In this document: piece after piece, positions 51,034 through 60,846 of the stretch
Layout: each line of letters opens with the position of its first letter
Numbering within the stretch: the stretch's first letter is position 1
From: Cyanobacteriota bacterium
GTDB lineage: Bacteria; Cyanobacteriota; Cyanobacteriia; Thermostichales; Thermostichaceae
Reading direction: 5' to 3'
NCBI GenBank assembly: GCA_033764955.1
Contig: JANRIL010000005.1
Coordinates: 96,001 to 160,000 of the forward strand
Length of the DNA stretch: 64,000 nt
Position numbers and translations under genes: made by a program
The notes under the pieces: model-generated
Database searches by the model: none
Seen by the model: the letters and a program-made list of their open reading frames with translations, nothing else
Told to the model about the DNA's origin: nothing

Positions 51034-52077
51034 ATGCAGAATCCACCTGTCCTCAACCTGCCCATCCCAGACGAGGCTGAGCTAGATAATGCTGAGCTAG
51101 AGACAAGAGTTCAGGTGCCTCGCTTATTGGTGATTGATGATGACCGAGCCACCCTCACCTACGTGGCTGAAGTATTAGAAGCCTCAAAATATTTGGTCGA
51201 GACGATTGAAGGGGGGAAATCGGTTTGGGAGCAACTCACCCGCATGGCTCCCCATCATCTGCCCAATATGATTATTTGTGATTGGACGATGCCAGAGTTA
51301 ACGGGGGTCGATATCTGCCGTCGCTTAAAAGCAACCCCTGAATTTCAGTATGTCTATTTTATTTTGCTGACTGCCCGCACTGAGATTCAGGATCGGGTCA
51401 AGGGTCTGGATGCCGGAGCGGATGAGTTTATCACGAAGCCCGTGGATCCCGACGAGTTACGGGCGCGGGTGCGAGCTGGCTTACGGCTGCAACAATTGAC
51501 ACAAGCTCTGGCTCAGGCTAATCGACAACTACAAGCCCGCAACGAGTTACTAGAGTCATTGTCCCTCACCGATCAACTGACTGGGGTTCTCAATCGACGT
51601 GCCCTCGACCAAGCCCTGCCTCACCTGCTCGAACAGGTTGGCCCTCGTTTTTCGGAGGCTCGTTATCGCTATCTCTGCTTGATGATTTTAGATGTGGATC
51701 ATTTCAAGCAGGTCAACGACACCTACGGCCATTATGCCGGGGACTGTGTTTTGCAGGCAGTGGCGCAACGCTTGCAGGCTCGCTTACGCCCTTCTAGCCT
51801 GCTTTATCGCTATGGCGGAGAAGAATTTATCTGCATTACGCCGGGGCTAAACCATCAGCGCAGCTATCGCTACGCAGAATATCTGCGGAGTGTGATTGCC
51901 AATGATCCGATTGCCATTTCTCCCAAACGAGCCATCCCTATTACCATCAGCGTGGGAGGAACCGTGGTGACTGATCTCCAGTCTGTGGAAGCTCTCACCG
52001 CTATCAATCAAGCTGACCAGGCTCTTTACCAAGCCAAACAATCCGGTCGCAACTGTGTTTATATGACTCCCCCTTGA
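51034..52077 (+). CDS. response-regulator diguanylate cyclase (REC-GGDEF)
   Basis: REC domain (DDD, CDW.MP, KP), D.LTG..NRR, DVDHFK.VND.YGH and RYGGEEF. Confidence 0.93.
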   Translation: MQNPPVLNLPIPDEAELDNAELETRVQVPRLLVIDDDRATLTYVAEVLEASKYLVETIEGGKSVWEQLTRMAPHHLPNMIICDWTMPELTGVDICRRLKATPEFQYVYFILLTARTEIQDRVKGLDAGADEFITKPVDPDELRARVRAGLRLQQLTQALAQANRQLQARNELLESLSLTDQLTGVLNRRALDQALPHLLEQVGPRFSEARYRYLCLMILDVDHFKQVNDTYGHYAGDCVLQAVAQRLQARLRPSSLLYRYGGEEFICITPGLNHQRSYRYAEYLRSVIANDPIAISPKRAIPITISVGGTVVTDLQSVEALTAINQADQALYQAKQSGRNCVYMTPP

Positions 52078-52871
52078 GCAGCAGGGGGTGGAGAAGTCTC
52101 CGGTAGACGGGATCCACAGACCTTGCAATAGAGGGCATCGGGATCATGGAGTGGTTGCCCGCAAGAGCCACAAGGGATCCGCACCTGCTCTCCCGATTTG
52201 ACAAGGCGCTTGATCAGATCCCCCACCTGCCAGGGAATGAGGGCAATGCCCGTCAAGATCATCAGCACCGTCAACAGTCGCCCCCCCTCCGAAACCGGGG
52301 TGATGTCACCAAAGCCCACGGTGGTCATGGTGACAACGGAGAAATAGACCGCATCGAGAAAAGTCTGGAAAATTTGCCCATTCACAGGATGCTCTACCTG
52401 ATAGATCAAGCCAGAATAAACAAAAATAATGGCAAATAGCGTAAATAAAATTCGGCTAAAAATTTGTCCATCTTGCGAACTGATCAATCCAAAAAAAGTT
52501 TTTCGCTCCACAAATCGAATCAGACGCAAAATACGAAACCAGCGAAAGATACGAATAAATCGAATATCGCTTAAGCCAATGATAAATGGCAAAATAGCGA
52601 CCAGATCAATCAATGAATAAAAACTAAAAAAATAGGCTAGTTTTTTCTCGGCACACCAAAATCGCAAAAGATACTCGAGACCAAAAACAATCAGGATCCC
52701 TCGATCAAGAATGTCCAGCCTGGTTCGCCAAATCTCCTGAATCGGATAGGTTTCTGCCACAAAAATTCCTGAGGAAATCACCACCAACAGAGCAATCCCC
52801 AAATTGACTCGTTTGCCGATTGGGGTCTCAATATCTTCTAAATAGCTTGCCAAAGCCTGCCGCATCGCCAT
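52059..52871 (-). CDS. voltage-gated-type potassium channel / ion transporter
   Basis: S4-like RFIRIFRWFRILRLIR, selectivity filter TTVGFGD and a C-terminal CxxC...CxxC. Confidence 0.92.
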   Translation of the reverse strand: MAMRQALASYLEDIETPIGKRVNLGIALLVVISSGIFVAETYPIQEIWRTRLDILDRGILIVFGLEYLLRFWCAEKKLAYFFSFYSLIDLVAILPFIIGLSDIRFIRIFRWFRILRLIRFVERKTFFGLISSQDGQIFSRILFTLFAIIFVYSGLIYQVEHPVNGQIFQTFLDAVYFSVVTMTTVGFGDITPVSEGGRLLTVLMILTGIALIPWQVGDLIKRLVKSGEQVRIPCGSCGQPLHDPDALYCKVCGSRLPETSPPPAAQGGVI

Positions 52872-53001
52872 TGCCAATTGCTGCCCCTTGCTGAAACGGG
52901 ATCCCGGATAGGATAACAACCTTCTGCTGGCGGGCGAAGGGCACAACCCAGAGGACATGGTAGAATCGCTAGGTCTTAGCTCACGAAGGCTCAGGCTGCA
53001 T

Positions 53002-54075
53002 ATGGCTAGACCCCGCCCTAATCCCGCTGTTTTCCCCCAACCTTCCACCAGCAATTTGCCCCAGCCTGTGCCCGTCGGGGTGATCGGGGTGGGAAATATG
53101 GGTCAGCACCACACCCGCGTCTTTAGCCGCATGAAGGATGTAGAAGTGGTGGGGGTTGCGGATATCAATGTGGAGCGTGGTCTGGATATTGCTAGCCGTT
53201 ACCGCATTCATTTTTATGACGACTATCGAGACTTGCTGCCCCATGTGGCAGCGGTAGCGATTGCGGTGCCGACGGTGTTGCATCATGAGGTAGGCATCAC
53301 CTGTATGGAAGCGGGGGTGCATGTTTTATTGGAAAAGCCGATTGCCGCCAATATTGCTGAAGCCGAATCGCTGGTCAACCGAGCCGCCGATTGTAACTGT
53401 ATTCTGCAAGTCGGTCACATCGAACGGTTTAACCCTGCTTTTCAGCAGTTATGTCGGGTTTTGCAGGGGGAAGAACCCCTAGCCATCGAAGCCCAGCGCA
53501 TGAGTCCTTATTCCAATCGAGCCAGTGATGTCTCGGTGGTGTTTGATTTAATGATTCACGATATTGATTTATTGCTGGAGTTAGTGCCTTATCCGGTGAC
53601 AAAATTGAGCGCCAGCGGCAACCGAGCTTCTAAATTGGGATATTTGGACTATGTCACAGCAACATTTACGTTTGCCAATGGTCTGATTGCTTCCCTGACA
53701 GCTAGCAAAGTTACCCACCGCAAAGTCCGTCGCATTAGTGCCCATTGCAAAAACTCTTTGGTAGAGGCTGATTTTCTCAATAACGATATCTCCATTTGTC
53801 GGCAAAATACGGCCAGCCCCATCAATGATTTTGGGCAAGTTCTCTATCAGCGGGATTGTCTGATTGAAAAAGTTCACACCGATAACATCGACAAACTGCA
53901 CGCCGAATTGGAACATTTCATCAACTGTGTGCGCGGGGGCAACCAACCGTCGGTGGGGGGAGAACAGGCGTTGAAAGCCCTCAAACTGGCTTCCGAAATT
54001 GAGCGGCTAGCCCTAGATGGATGTGCCTGGAATGAGGGACGGATCCCTTCCCAAAATCGAGAGATTTTTTCCTGA
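53002..54075 (+). CDS. Gfo/Idh/MocA family oxidoreductase
   Basis: GVIGVGNMG, EKP, GHIERFNP and MIHDID. Confidence 0.9.
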   Translation: MARPRPNPAVFPQPSTSNLPQPVPVGVIGVGNMGQHHTRVFSRMKDVEVVGVADINVERGLDIASRYRIHFYDDYRDLLPHVAAVAIAVPTVLHHEVGITCMEAGVHVLLEKPIAANIAEAESLVNRAADCNCILQVGHIERFNPAFQQLCRVLQGEEPLAIEAQRMSPYSNRASDVSVVFDLMIHDIDLLLELVPYPVTKLSASGNRASKLGYLDYVTATFTFANGLIASLTASKVTHRKVRRISAHCKNSLVEADFLNNDISICRQNTASPINDFGQVLYQRDCLIEKVHTDNIDKLHAELEHFINCVRGGNQPSVGGEQALKALKLASEIERLALDGCAWNEGRIPSQNREIFS

Positions 54076-54089
54076 ATCTAGCTCTCCTT

Positions 54090-54833
54090 TCATAGCGGGG
54101 AGGGGGGCAAATCAAACAAGACAGTTGTCATATAGCGTTCCGCCCAGGCTGGCCCAAAGGCTTTTTCCAAAACACGGCGGGTGCGATCATTTTGTTGCTG
54201 TTGGGTGCAATAGCGATGTTGCCCTGCATAGCTCAGCTTGGGATCCCCGCTCCCATCCATCTGGCGAGCCTGTTGGCAATGAATGCGTAAATAGTGGCTG
54301 GCTAGCCGCAAAAACTGATCGGCCTCAGCGTCATCAGCCGGACGGATAAACAGACAATAAGGGGAGAAAATGGATCCCCATTCCGGTAACTCTCGCTTTT
54401 CGCTAAAAGATTGAGTCAAGCTCCGAAGTGATTCTAGCGCCTGTTGATGGCCTTGGGGGAGTTGACTTTCTACCGGTGAAAGATCGACAATCGCCGCACT
54501 AATTTGCCCTCGTCCCGCCACAATATCACAGCCAAACATCGGCAATGGATAGGTTAGATGGGGAAACATGACACAATGCAAAATATCCAGATTGGATCCG
54601 GCTCGCGCCAGTTCCAGATGCATCTTGCGAAATTCCTGGCTTTGAAAGCAGCGATTCTCGATAATCAGTCTTTCCCCCTCCAAGCGACCCTCAACATAAC
54701 CCAAATCATCGGGTAAAACATAGGCGGACAATTCCAATTCCTCTTGCCAAATGTGGAGAATCTGTTCAGCTAAGCGGTTAATCAGTGGATGTAACTGCAC
54801 TTGTAAGGAAGGGGAAACAGAGGGGTCAGACAT
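54090..54833 (-). CDS. pcyA: phycocyanobilin:ferredoxin oxidoreductase
   Basis: FRKMHLELA, LDILHCVMFP, PMFGCDIV, SAAI.DLSP and QQQNDRTRRVLEKAFG. Confidence 0.96.
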   Translation of the reverse strand: MSDPSVSPSLQVQLHPLINRLAEQILHIWQEELELSAYVLPDDLGYVEGRLEGERLIIENRCFQSQEFRKMHLELARAGSNLDILHCVMFPHLTYPLPMFGCDIVAGRGQISAAIVDLSPVESQLPQGHQQALESLRSLTQSFSEKRELPEWGSIFSPYCLFIRPADDAEADQFLRLASHYLRIHCQQARQMDGSGDPKLSYAGQHRYCTQQQQNDRTRRVLEKAFGPAWAERYMTTVLFDLPPSPL

Positions 54834-54980
54834 ACCAGGGATCCCGTGGCTGTGGTTCAGCCATTTTCGGATATTCGGGTAAAAACAGAAAGCCCCATTC
54901 CCCTTGCCGCGGGAAAAATAGGCAGTGAAAGTGGAAGGCTGGTTAGAGAAGCTTAGGAGAACTGGATCCGGTTTGGAATT

Positions 54981-56519
54981 CTATAATCGGCGCCACCGCC
55001 GCCCATCTTTGGTGAGCAGATCTTCCGCCGCCTTTGGCCCCCAGGTTCCGGCTTCGTAGGTATAGACGGGCTGAGGGGCGCTGCCGTTGCTAGACTCCCA
55101 AGCCGACAAAACGGGCGTGACCACTCGCCAAGCAGCCTCCACCTCATCCGAGCGCGTAAAGAGGGTTTGATCGCCCAACAGACATTCCAAGAGCAACCGA
55201 TCATAAGCGTCGGTGGTGCTGCCCCCAAAAGCTGCCCCATAGCGAAAATCCATATCTACCGAGCGGGTACGGATCTCTGGCCCTGGCATCTTGGCCTCAA
55301 AGCGCAACGAGATTCCTTCATTGGGCTGAATTCGCAGCACCAAGACATTTGGGCTAACCTCCTGTGCCGCCGACTGAAACAGCAAGAGGGGCACTTGCCG
55401 AAAGTGAATCGCTACCTCTGAGACTTTTTTGGGCAACCGTTTGCCCGTCCGCAGATAAAATGGCACCCCCTGCCAGCGCCAAGTATCACAGACCAGCTTG
55501 AGGGCAACGTAGGTGGGAGTGGTGGAGGCCGGGTTGACATTCGCTTCATCCAGATATCCGGGCACCTGTTTCCCCGCCATCCAACCTGCGCCATATTGGG
55601 AGCGAATCGCACACTCAGCGATGTGTCGGGGATCCGCGACACGAGTAGCCTGCAACACCTTGGTTTTTTCGTTGCGAACCCCATCACTCGCCAGCGAGAC
55701 CGGTGGCTCCATCGCCGTCAAACAATAGACCTGCATCAAGTGATTCTGCACCATATCCCGCAGGGCACCGGAGGTGTCATAGTAGCCTGCTCGATCTTCA
55801 ACCCCGACGGTTTCTGCCACCGAGATTTGGATGTGGTCAATATAGTTGCGGTTCCAGAGGGGTTCAAAAATCGCATTGGCAAAGCGAAAGACCAACAAAT
55901 TTTGAACGGTTTCTTTGCCTAAATAGTGGTCAATCCGATAGATTTGTTCTTCGTGACAAACTTTTTGGACAATCCGATTTAGCTCTTGGGCTGAGGTGAG
56001 ATCATGTCCAAACGGTTTCTCGATTACCACCCGCGTTTTGCGGGGATTGGCTAACATGCCTGCGGCTCCCAACTGCTGCACCGCCTCTGCATAGAAATCA
56101 GGAGAAACTGCTAAATAATAAATGCGATTGCCACGGGTGCCGCGCTGCTGATCCAACTCACTCAAGAGGGCATTTAATTGTTCGTAGCTTTCGGGTTTAT
56201 TGATATCCAGTTGACAATAAAACAAGCGGCTAGCAAAGTCTTCCCAGACGGCTTCTGGGCCTAAATCTTTGGGGGCAAATTCCTGCATGGCCGCCCGCAT
56301 TTTGGCACGATAGGATTCATGGGTCCAATCTTTGCGAGCCACTCCCACCAGCGTAAACTCTGTTGGCAAGCGTCGCTGCACAAACAGACGGTAATAGGCG
56401 GGGATCAGCTTGCGACCCGCTAAATCTCCGGAAGCACCAAATTGCACCAAGATCGAAGGATCGGGGGTGCGTTCTTGATTGAGTCCAATCCGTAGGGGGT
56501 TTTCTGTCAGGCTCAGCAT
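54981..56519 (-). CDS. zwf: glucose-6-phosphate 1-dehydrogenase
   Basis: [27 protein letters not shown] and [11 protein letters not shown]. Confidence 0.97.
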   Translation of the reverse strand: MLSLTENPLRIGLNQERTPDPSILVQFGASGDLAGRKLIPAYYRLFVQRRLPTEFTLVGVARKDWTHESYRAKMRAAMQEFAPKDLGPEAVWEDFASRLFYCQLDINKPESYEQLNALLSELDQQRGTRGNRIYYLAVSPDFYAEAVQQLGAAGMLANPRKTRVVIEKPFGHDLTSAQELNRIVQKVCHEEQIYRIDHYLGKETVQNLLVFRFANAIFEPLWNRNYIDHIQISVAETVGVEDRAGYYDTSGALRDMVQNHLMQVYCLTAMEPPVSLASDGVRNEKTKVLQATRVADPRHIAECAIRSQYGAGWMAGKQVPGYLDEANVNPASTTPTYVALKLVCDTWRWQGVPFYLRTGKRLPKKVSEVAIHFRQVPLLLFQSAAQEVSPNVLVLRIQPNEGISLRFEAKMPGPEIRTRSVDMDFRYGAAFGGSTTDAYDRLLLECLLGDQTLFTRSDEVEAAWRVVTPVLSAWESSNGSAPQPVYTYEAGTWGPKAAEDLLTKDGRRWRRL

Positions 56520-56641
56520 AGGGATGGCAATCTCGAAAAGAGGATGAATGGAGAGATAAATCAGGGAATCGGTCAGAGCAAAAATTAAACAGAGGGATCC
56601 CCATCCTTGTCCCATCCGAGAGCCTAGGGATCCCCTGCCCG

Positions 56642-57685
56642 TTAACTAGAACTAACCTGCCGCAAACACCGTTCGACTTCCGCCACATTGTCAGAGCTAC
56701 CGATAATCAAAGGCACCCGCTGATGCAACGCATGGGGGTGAATATCGAGAATGCGCTGCTCTCCGTCGGTAGCCACGCCCCCCGCCTGCTCCATCAAAAA
56801 AGCTAAGGGAGAAGCTTCATACATCAAGCGCAATTTGCCTTCGGGTTTGTGTTGTGTACCGGGATAAAGATAAACCCCTCCTTGCAGCAAAATCCGGTGA
56901 AAATCTGCTACCAAAGCCCCGCTATAGCGGGAGGTATATCCATCATGGCGATGCACAAATTTCACATAATCTTGAATGCCGGTTTGCCACTGACAAAAAT
57001 ATCCTTCGTTCAGACTATAAACGGATCCCCGTTGCGGGGTGCGAATATGACTTTTGGACAAAATAAACTCTCCCAGGCTGGGATCCAAGGTAAAGCTGTG
57101 TACCCCCTTGCCCAAGGTATAAACCAGTTGAGTGCTGGGGCCATACATGATATAGCCCGCCGCAATTTGTTGGTGTCCCGGTTGCAGTAGATCCTTGTTG
57201 TGGGTTTCATCGGATCCCATCGCCCGCAGGACCGAAAAAATGGATCCCACCGCTAAATTGGCATCGATATTGGAGGAACCATCCAACGGATCAAAAACCA
57301 ATGCGTAGCGACTGAGGGAACAGTTTTCGGGGAGGCGGGCGGGAGCCGTCATCTCCTCCGAGACAATCCGACACACCAAACCCGTTTGTTCTAAAACGCG
57401 AATGAAAGCACGGTTGGCGTAATCATCCATCTGTTGCTGCACCTCCCCCTGCACATTGATGGATCCGGTCACCCCCAGCGCATCCTCCACCAAGCCCGAT
57501 TGGCTCAAGCGACGGGCGATCATCTTGCCCGCCAGAGCTATGCGGGTCATCAGGGCACTAAAGTCTTGGGCTTCTGTCGTAAACCCTTCAAATTGTTGCA
57601 AGACATGCCGGGAAAGGGTCAAGACATCCCGTGACATTTCCAGTTCAGCCGCCGAAATCGGAGCTGTTAAGGGAGCAGTAACCAC
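56642..57685 (-). CDS. fbp: class 1 fructose-1,6-bisphosphatase
   Basis: [30 protein letters not shown] and GKLRLMYE. Confidence 0.96.
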   Translation of the reverse strand: MVTAPLTAPISAAELEMSRDVLTLSRHVLQQFEGFTTEAQDFSALMTRIALAGKMIARRLSQSGLVEDALGVTGSINVQGEVQQQMDDYANRAFIRVLEQTGLVCRIVSEEMTAPARLPENCSLSRYALVFDPLDGSSNIDANLAVGSIFSVLRAMGSDETHNKDLLQPGHQQIAAGYIMYGPSTQLVYTLGKGVHSFTLDPSLGEFILSKSHIRTPQRGSVYSLNEGYFCQWQTGIQDYVKFVHRHDGYTSRYSGALVADFHRILLQGGVYLYPGTQHKPEGKLRLMYEASPLAFLMEQAGGVATDGEQRILDIHPHALHQRVPLIIGSSDNVAEVERCLRQVSSS

Positions 57686-57939
57686 AACGTAACCTCCAGT
57701 AAAGACTGGGTGAGGAAGGCTGCTGCGGCAAGAAACCAGGGCAACCCTCTCCCCTCATGCTAAGCAGGCAAGTTGAAAATTGCCTGATGGTTTTTCAGAG
57801 TTATAGATTAAATTCACATTTGTGGATCCCTAGGGTTGACTGGGATCCCTCTCAGCCAGACCAAACCATGTCCGTCATATCTGGGATCAACTCTCTATCT
57901 TCTGGGTGATGAATCCAGCGGGTGATGGATAAGCGGCTC

Positions 57940-58725
57940 TCAAGGACGAACCACTGGGTTGGAAGCCAAGGGATGGGGGTCGGGGCTTCGCCATTTGGCG
58001 GGGGAAGGACTAGCCAAACCGGACGGAGGGGGGGAGGGGGTCGCCAGACTCGCAAAACAATAGCCGACATTGCGAACCGTCTGAATCAGATCCGGTTGCC
58101 TGGGATCCACCTCTAGCTTTTTACGCAGGGAGAGGATGTGGGTATCTACGGTGCGGGGGTTGTCGATCTGTTCGGGCCACGCCCGTTGTAACAACTCTTG
58201 TCGCGATAGCGCCATCCCCCCCGCCTGAACCAAAACGTAGAGCAAACTAAACTCTTGGGGGGTGAGATCAATGCCCTGCTGAGCCTTCGTGACTCGCCGC
58301 TGCACCAGATCAATTTTGAGATCGCCATATTGCAGGTAATGGGGAGGCACCGAGCGCAGACGGCGGCGGGACAAGGCTTCGATGCGGGCTTGCAAGACTT
58401 GCACACTCAAGGGTTTAGCCAAATAATCATCCGCCCCCGCCTGCAATCCGGCTACCAAATCAGATTCTCCATTACGGCTAGAGAGCAACATAATTAACAG
58501 ATCGGAACGACGATGTGCCCAATTACATAACTGCAATCCCGATCGATTGGAGAGATCCGCATCCAAAATCAGCAGGTCGATCAATTCCTGTTGCAAAACG
58601 TTTTTTGCGTCTCGTAGGGTGTCTGACACCTGTACTCGGTGCCCCACCTGTTGTAGATGCCAGGAGAGGAGGGAACGCAGATGGGGATTGCCCTCTACTA
58701 ATAAAATCTGAAGTGCTTGTCCCAT
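57940..58725 (-). CDS. nrrA: OmpR-type nitrogen-regulated response regulator NrrA/Rre37
   Basis: VEGNPHLRSLL.WHLQQ, LILDADL, DLTPQEFSLLYVL.QAGG and IDNPRT.DTH.LSLRKK.E.DPRQP. Confidence 0.88.
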   Translation of the reverse strand: MGQALQILLVEGNPHLRSLLSWHLQQVGHRVQVSDTLRDAKNVLQQELIDLLILDADLSNRSGLQLCNWAHRRSDLLIMLLSSRNGESDLVAGLQAGADDYLAKPLSVQVLQARIEALSRRRLRSVPPHYLQYGDLKIDLVQRRVTKAQQGIDLTPQEFSLLYVLVQAGGMALSRQELLQRAWPEQIDNPRTVDTHILSLRKKLEVDPRQPDLIQTVRNVGYCFASLATPSPPPSGLASPSPAKWRSPDPHPLASNPVVRP

Positions 58726-58770
58726 GCTTCCCCCACTCGACAACTTATCTAAACAGAGCGTTCATGCCGT

Positions 58771-58814
58771 AGGTTACTGACTTCCATTACGGACTCGAAA
58801 GTTATCTAGAATAC
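58771..58814 (-). promoter_or_regulatory. putative NtcA-activated promoter of nrrA
   Basis: Minus strand GTA-TTCTAGAT-AAC (58814-58801), then TAACCT (TAN3T) 24 nt downstream. Confidence 0.55.
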
Positions 58815-59083
58815 GGACTTGCACAGGAACTTTGCCATTCCTATCGCCAACATGATAGACATCTCTTTGAATAGGAGCAACTCCATTCAAATTTGTCGTG
58901 GAGAGGGTTACAACTCAGGTCTATTTCCAAATGACTGAAATGTTTTCTTGGCTACTTTATTTCATGCGAGTTCGTCACAATTTCGTCAGCAGGAGTTAGC
59001 CAACTGGCTCAACTGCCTTAGTGCCCGTTGAGGGGGTTACCCAATCTCTCTGAACATTGTCTTGGAGGAGAATTTTTCATAAA

Positions 59084-59156
59084 CGCCTTGCGCCGGACTC
59101 GAACCAGCAACCATCGACTTAGAAGGTCGGTGCTCTATCCATTGAGCTAGCAAGGC
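59084..59156 (-). tRNA. tRNA-Arg(UCU), CCA not encoded
   Basis: GCCTTGC-TA-GCTC-AATGGATA-GAGC-A-CCGAC-CTTCTAA-GTCGA-TGGTT-GCTGG-TTCGAGT-CCGGC-GCAAGGC-G folds as a cloverleaf with anticodon TCT. Confidence 0.95.
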
Positions 59157-59475
59157 TGGACTTTATGGTCAGACATCATTATAGACCGATGGGCATAGGA
59201 GATGAGCGGGGGGCTATCGGGCATGGTTGATCCCAATTCTTGCCAAAGCAGGGATCCCCAAATCACTGACCAGCAAAAGACCGAGGATGCTGCTGGATTC
59301 CCTGAATATTCAGCCATTTGTCGGAGGGTTTCTACGCGCTCTGGCGGCCAATCCCCATAAAGCTTTAGGGAAACCTGCGTTTATGCGGAGAGAGGATGCG
59401 CCATTTCTCTGACGCTGGGGGAGGGGATCCCTGGGGACAATCAAAAGTGTAGAAGAGTTGGCAGGATGTTGAGTC

Positions 59476-59685
59476 ATGAGCATTCGAGAGATTGCTGAGC
59501 AAGTTTTTCAAACAGGACGACTGAACCATACCCAAGAGGGAGAACTCTACCAGTTGTTTGAAAAATGCCAAGCAGATGAGTCCGATATGCAGGCGGCTGA
59601 CCAACTGATCCATGCCTTGCTGGATGGAGAAGTTGTGCGGGAATGGGGTCCTCCTTACGAATGCAACCCTTACCGGATGGCCTAA
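59476..59685 (+). CDS. small helical hypothetical protein (69 aa), paralog of 35374-35577
   Basis: MSIREIAEQVFQTGRL...QE..L...D..AADQLI.ALL.GEV. Confidence 0.7.
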   Translation: MSIREIAEQVFQTGRLNHTQEGELYQLFEKCQADESDMQAADQLIHALLDGEVVREWGPPYECNPYRMA

Positions 59686-59780
59686 TCCCTTGATCAAAAA
59701 ATGGCATCCCTGGATCAGGATCCGCGGATGGGGAGAGGGCTGATACACTCACAGAATAAAGCCCGCCAAGGATCAGTGCT

Positions 59781-60068
59781 ATGCCCATCACGCCTGACTT
59801 TACCTTTCCCTTTGAACAGCAGCAGAAAGCTTCTTTGCACAACCCGACTGTGGTTAGCCAAGGGCTAGCAAAACGAGAATTTTTTGTGGCACTCACCCTG
59901 CAAGCGATTTTGTCCAACCCCCAGGTGAGTCCGGCGCAATTTGCGGATCCCGAGCAACGGCAGATTTTGATCAGCACCGCTATTCTGCTTGCCGATGAAA
60001 CATTACAGGCCATGCAAGGTTTGGTAGCCGTAGCCGAAGAAACAGATGCTGCCTATGCCGCCAACTAA
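59781..60068 (+). CDS. hypothetical protein (95 aa)
   Basis: Open frame with a GLAKREFFVAL.LQAIL...A...AD..L motif. Confidence 0.6.
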   Translation: MPITPDFTFPFEQQQKASLHNPTVVSQGLAKREFFVALTLQAILSNPQVSPAQFADPEQRQILISTAILLADETLQAMQGLVAVAEETDAAYAAN

Positions 60069-60161
60069 CAGCACTTTTATACTCTGAGCCTAAATCGTCT
60101 TGAATCCACGGAGAGTAGAGAATGAGCGATTACGATAGGGGAGTGGGCATTGTGTTAGTTC

Positions 60162-60818
60162 ATGAACAAACTTTTTCTGGCAATGGCGGAGGGAACCAGT
60201 GCGTTTGCGGCAACTAATATAGATGACCTGATGATTTTGCTGCTATTTTTTGCTCAAACCAACGCGGCCTTTCGCTCATGTCATGTCGTTATAGGTTCTT
60301 ATTGGGGATTTGCTGTCCTAGTTACCTTCAGCTTAGTCGGTTTTTGGGGCGGGTTAGTCGTGTCTTCAGCTTGGCTTGGTTTGTTGGGGCTTTTGCCAAT
60401 CATTTTGGGTATCAAAAAACTTATCCAGCCAGAACCAGAAAACACACAACCTCAAGAGATCATCAATGACATTTCTAGCCGATCCAATTCCCCTCCATTG
60501 ATAGCAGGGGCACTCCAATGGCTTCATCCCCAAACCTATCAGGTCGCCACCGTCACCGTTGCCAATGGCGGTGACAATATAGGGGTTTATATTCCATTGT
60601 TTGCTGCAAGCGATGCGGCCACCCTGGGAGTGCTTCTGATTGTCTTTTTTCTGTTGAAAGGTGCCTGGTGTTATGCCGCCTATCGATTGATCCAAAATCC
60701 CAATATTGCGTGTGTCTTAACTCGATATGGTCATTCCGTTGTGCCATTTCTTCTCATTGGATTGGGGCTATTGATTCTGTGGAAGAACGGTACATTGAAG
60801 GTATTGATCAGGAGTTGA
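60162..60818 (+). CDS. cadmium resistance transporter (CadD family)
   Basis: FAATNIDD, LGLLGLLPI.LG and VTVANGGDNIGVYIPLF. Confidence 0.9.
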   Translation: MNKLFLAMAEGTSAFAATNIDDLMILLLFFAQTNAAFRSCHVVIGSYWGFAVLVTFSLVGFWGGLVVSSAWLGLLGLLPIILGIKKLIQPEPENTQPQEIINDISSRSNSPPLIAGALQWLHPQTYQVATVTVANGGDNIGVYIPLFAASDAATLGVLLIVFFLLKGAWCYAAYRLIQNPNIACVLTRYGHSVVPFLLIGLGLLILWKNGTLKVLIRS

Positions 60819-60846
60819 TCAACACTTGATCGGCTCGTTTGCTAGG

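Noticed and set aside
53002..54075. Biliverdin reductase bvdR, suggested by adjacency to pcyA
   Set aside because: The motifs (GHIERFN, MIHDID) fit generic Gfo/Idh/MocA dehydrogenases, and the gene is convergent with pcyA rather than co-transcribed.
59084..60818. tRNA-anchored integrative element
   Set aside because: No integrase and no duplicated tRNA 3' end. The candidate genes lie on the tRNA 5' side.
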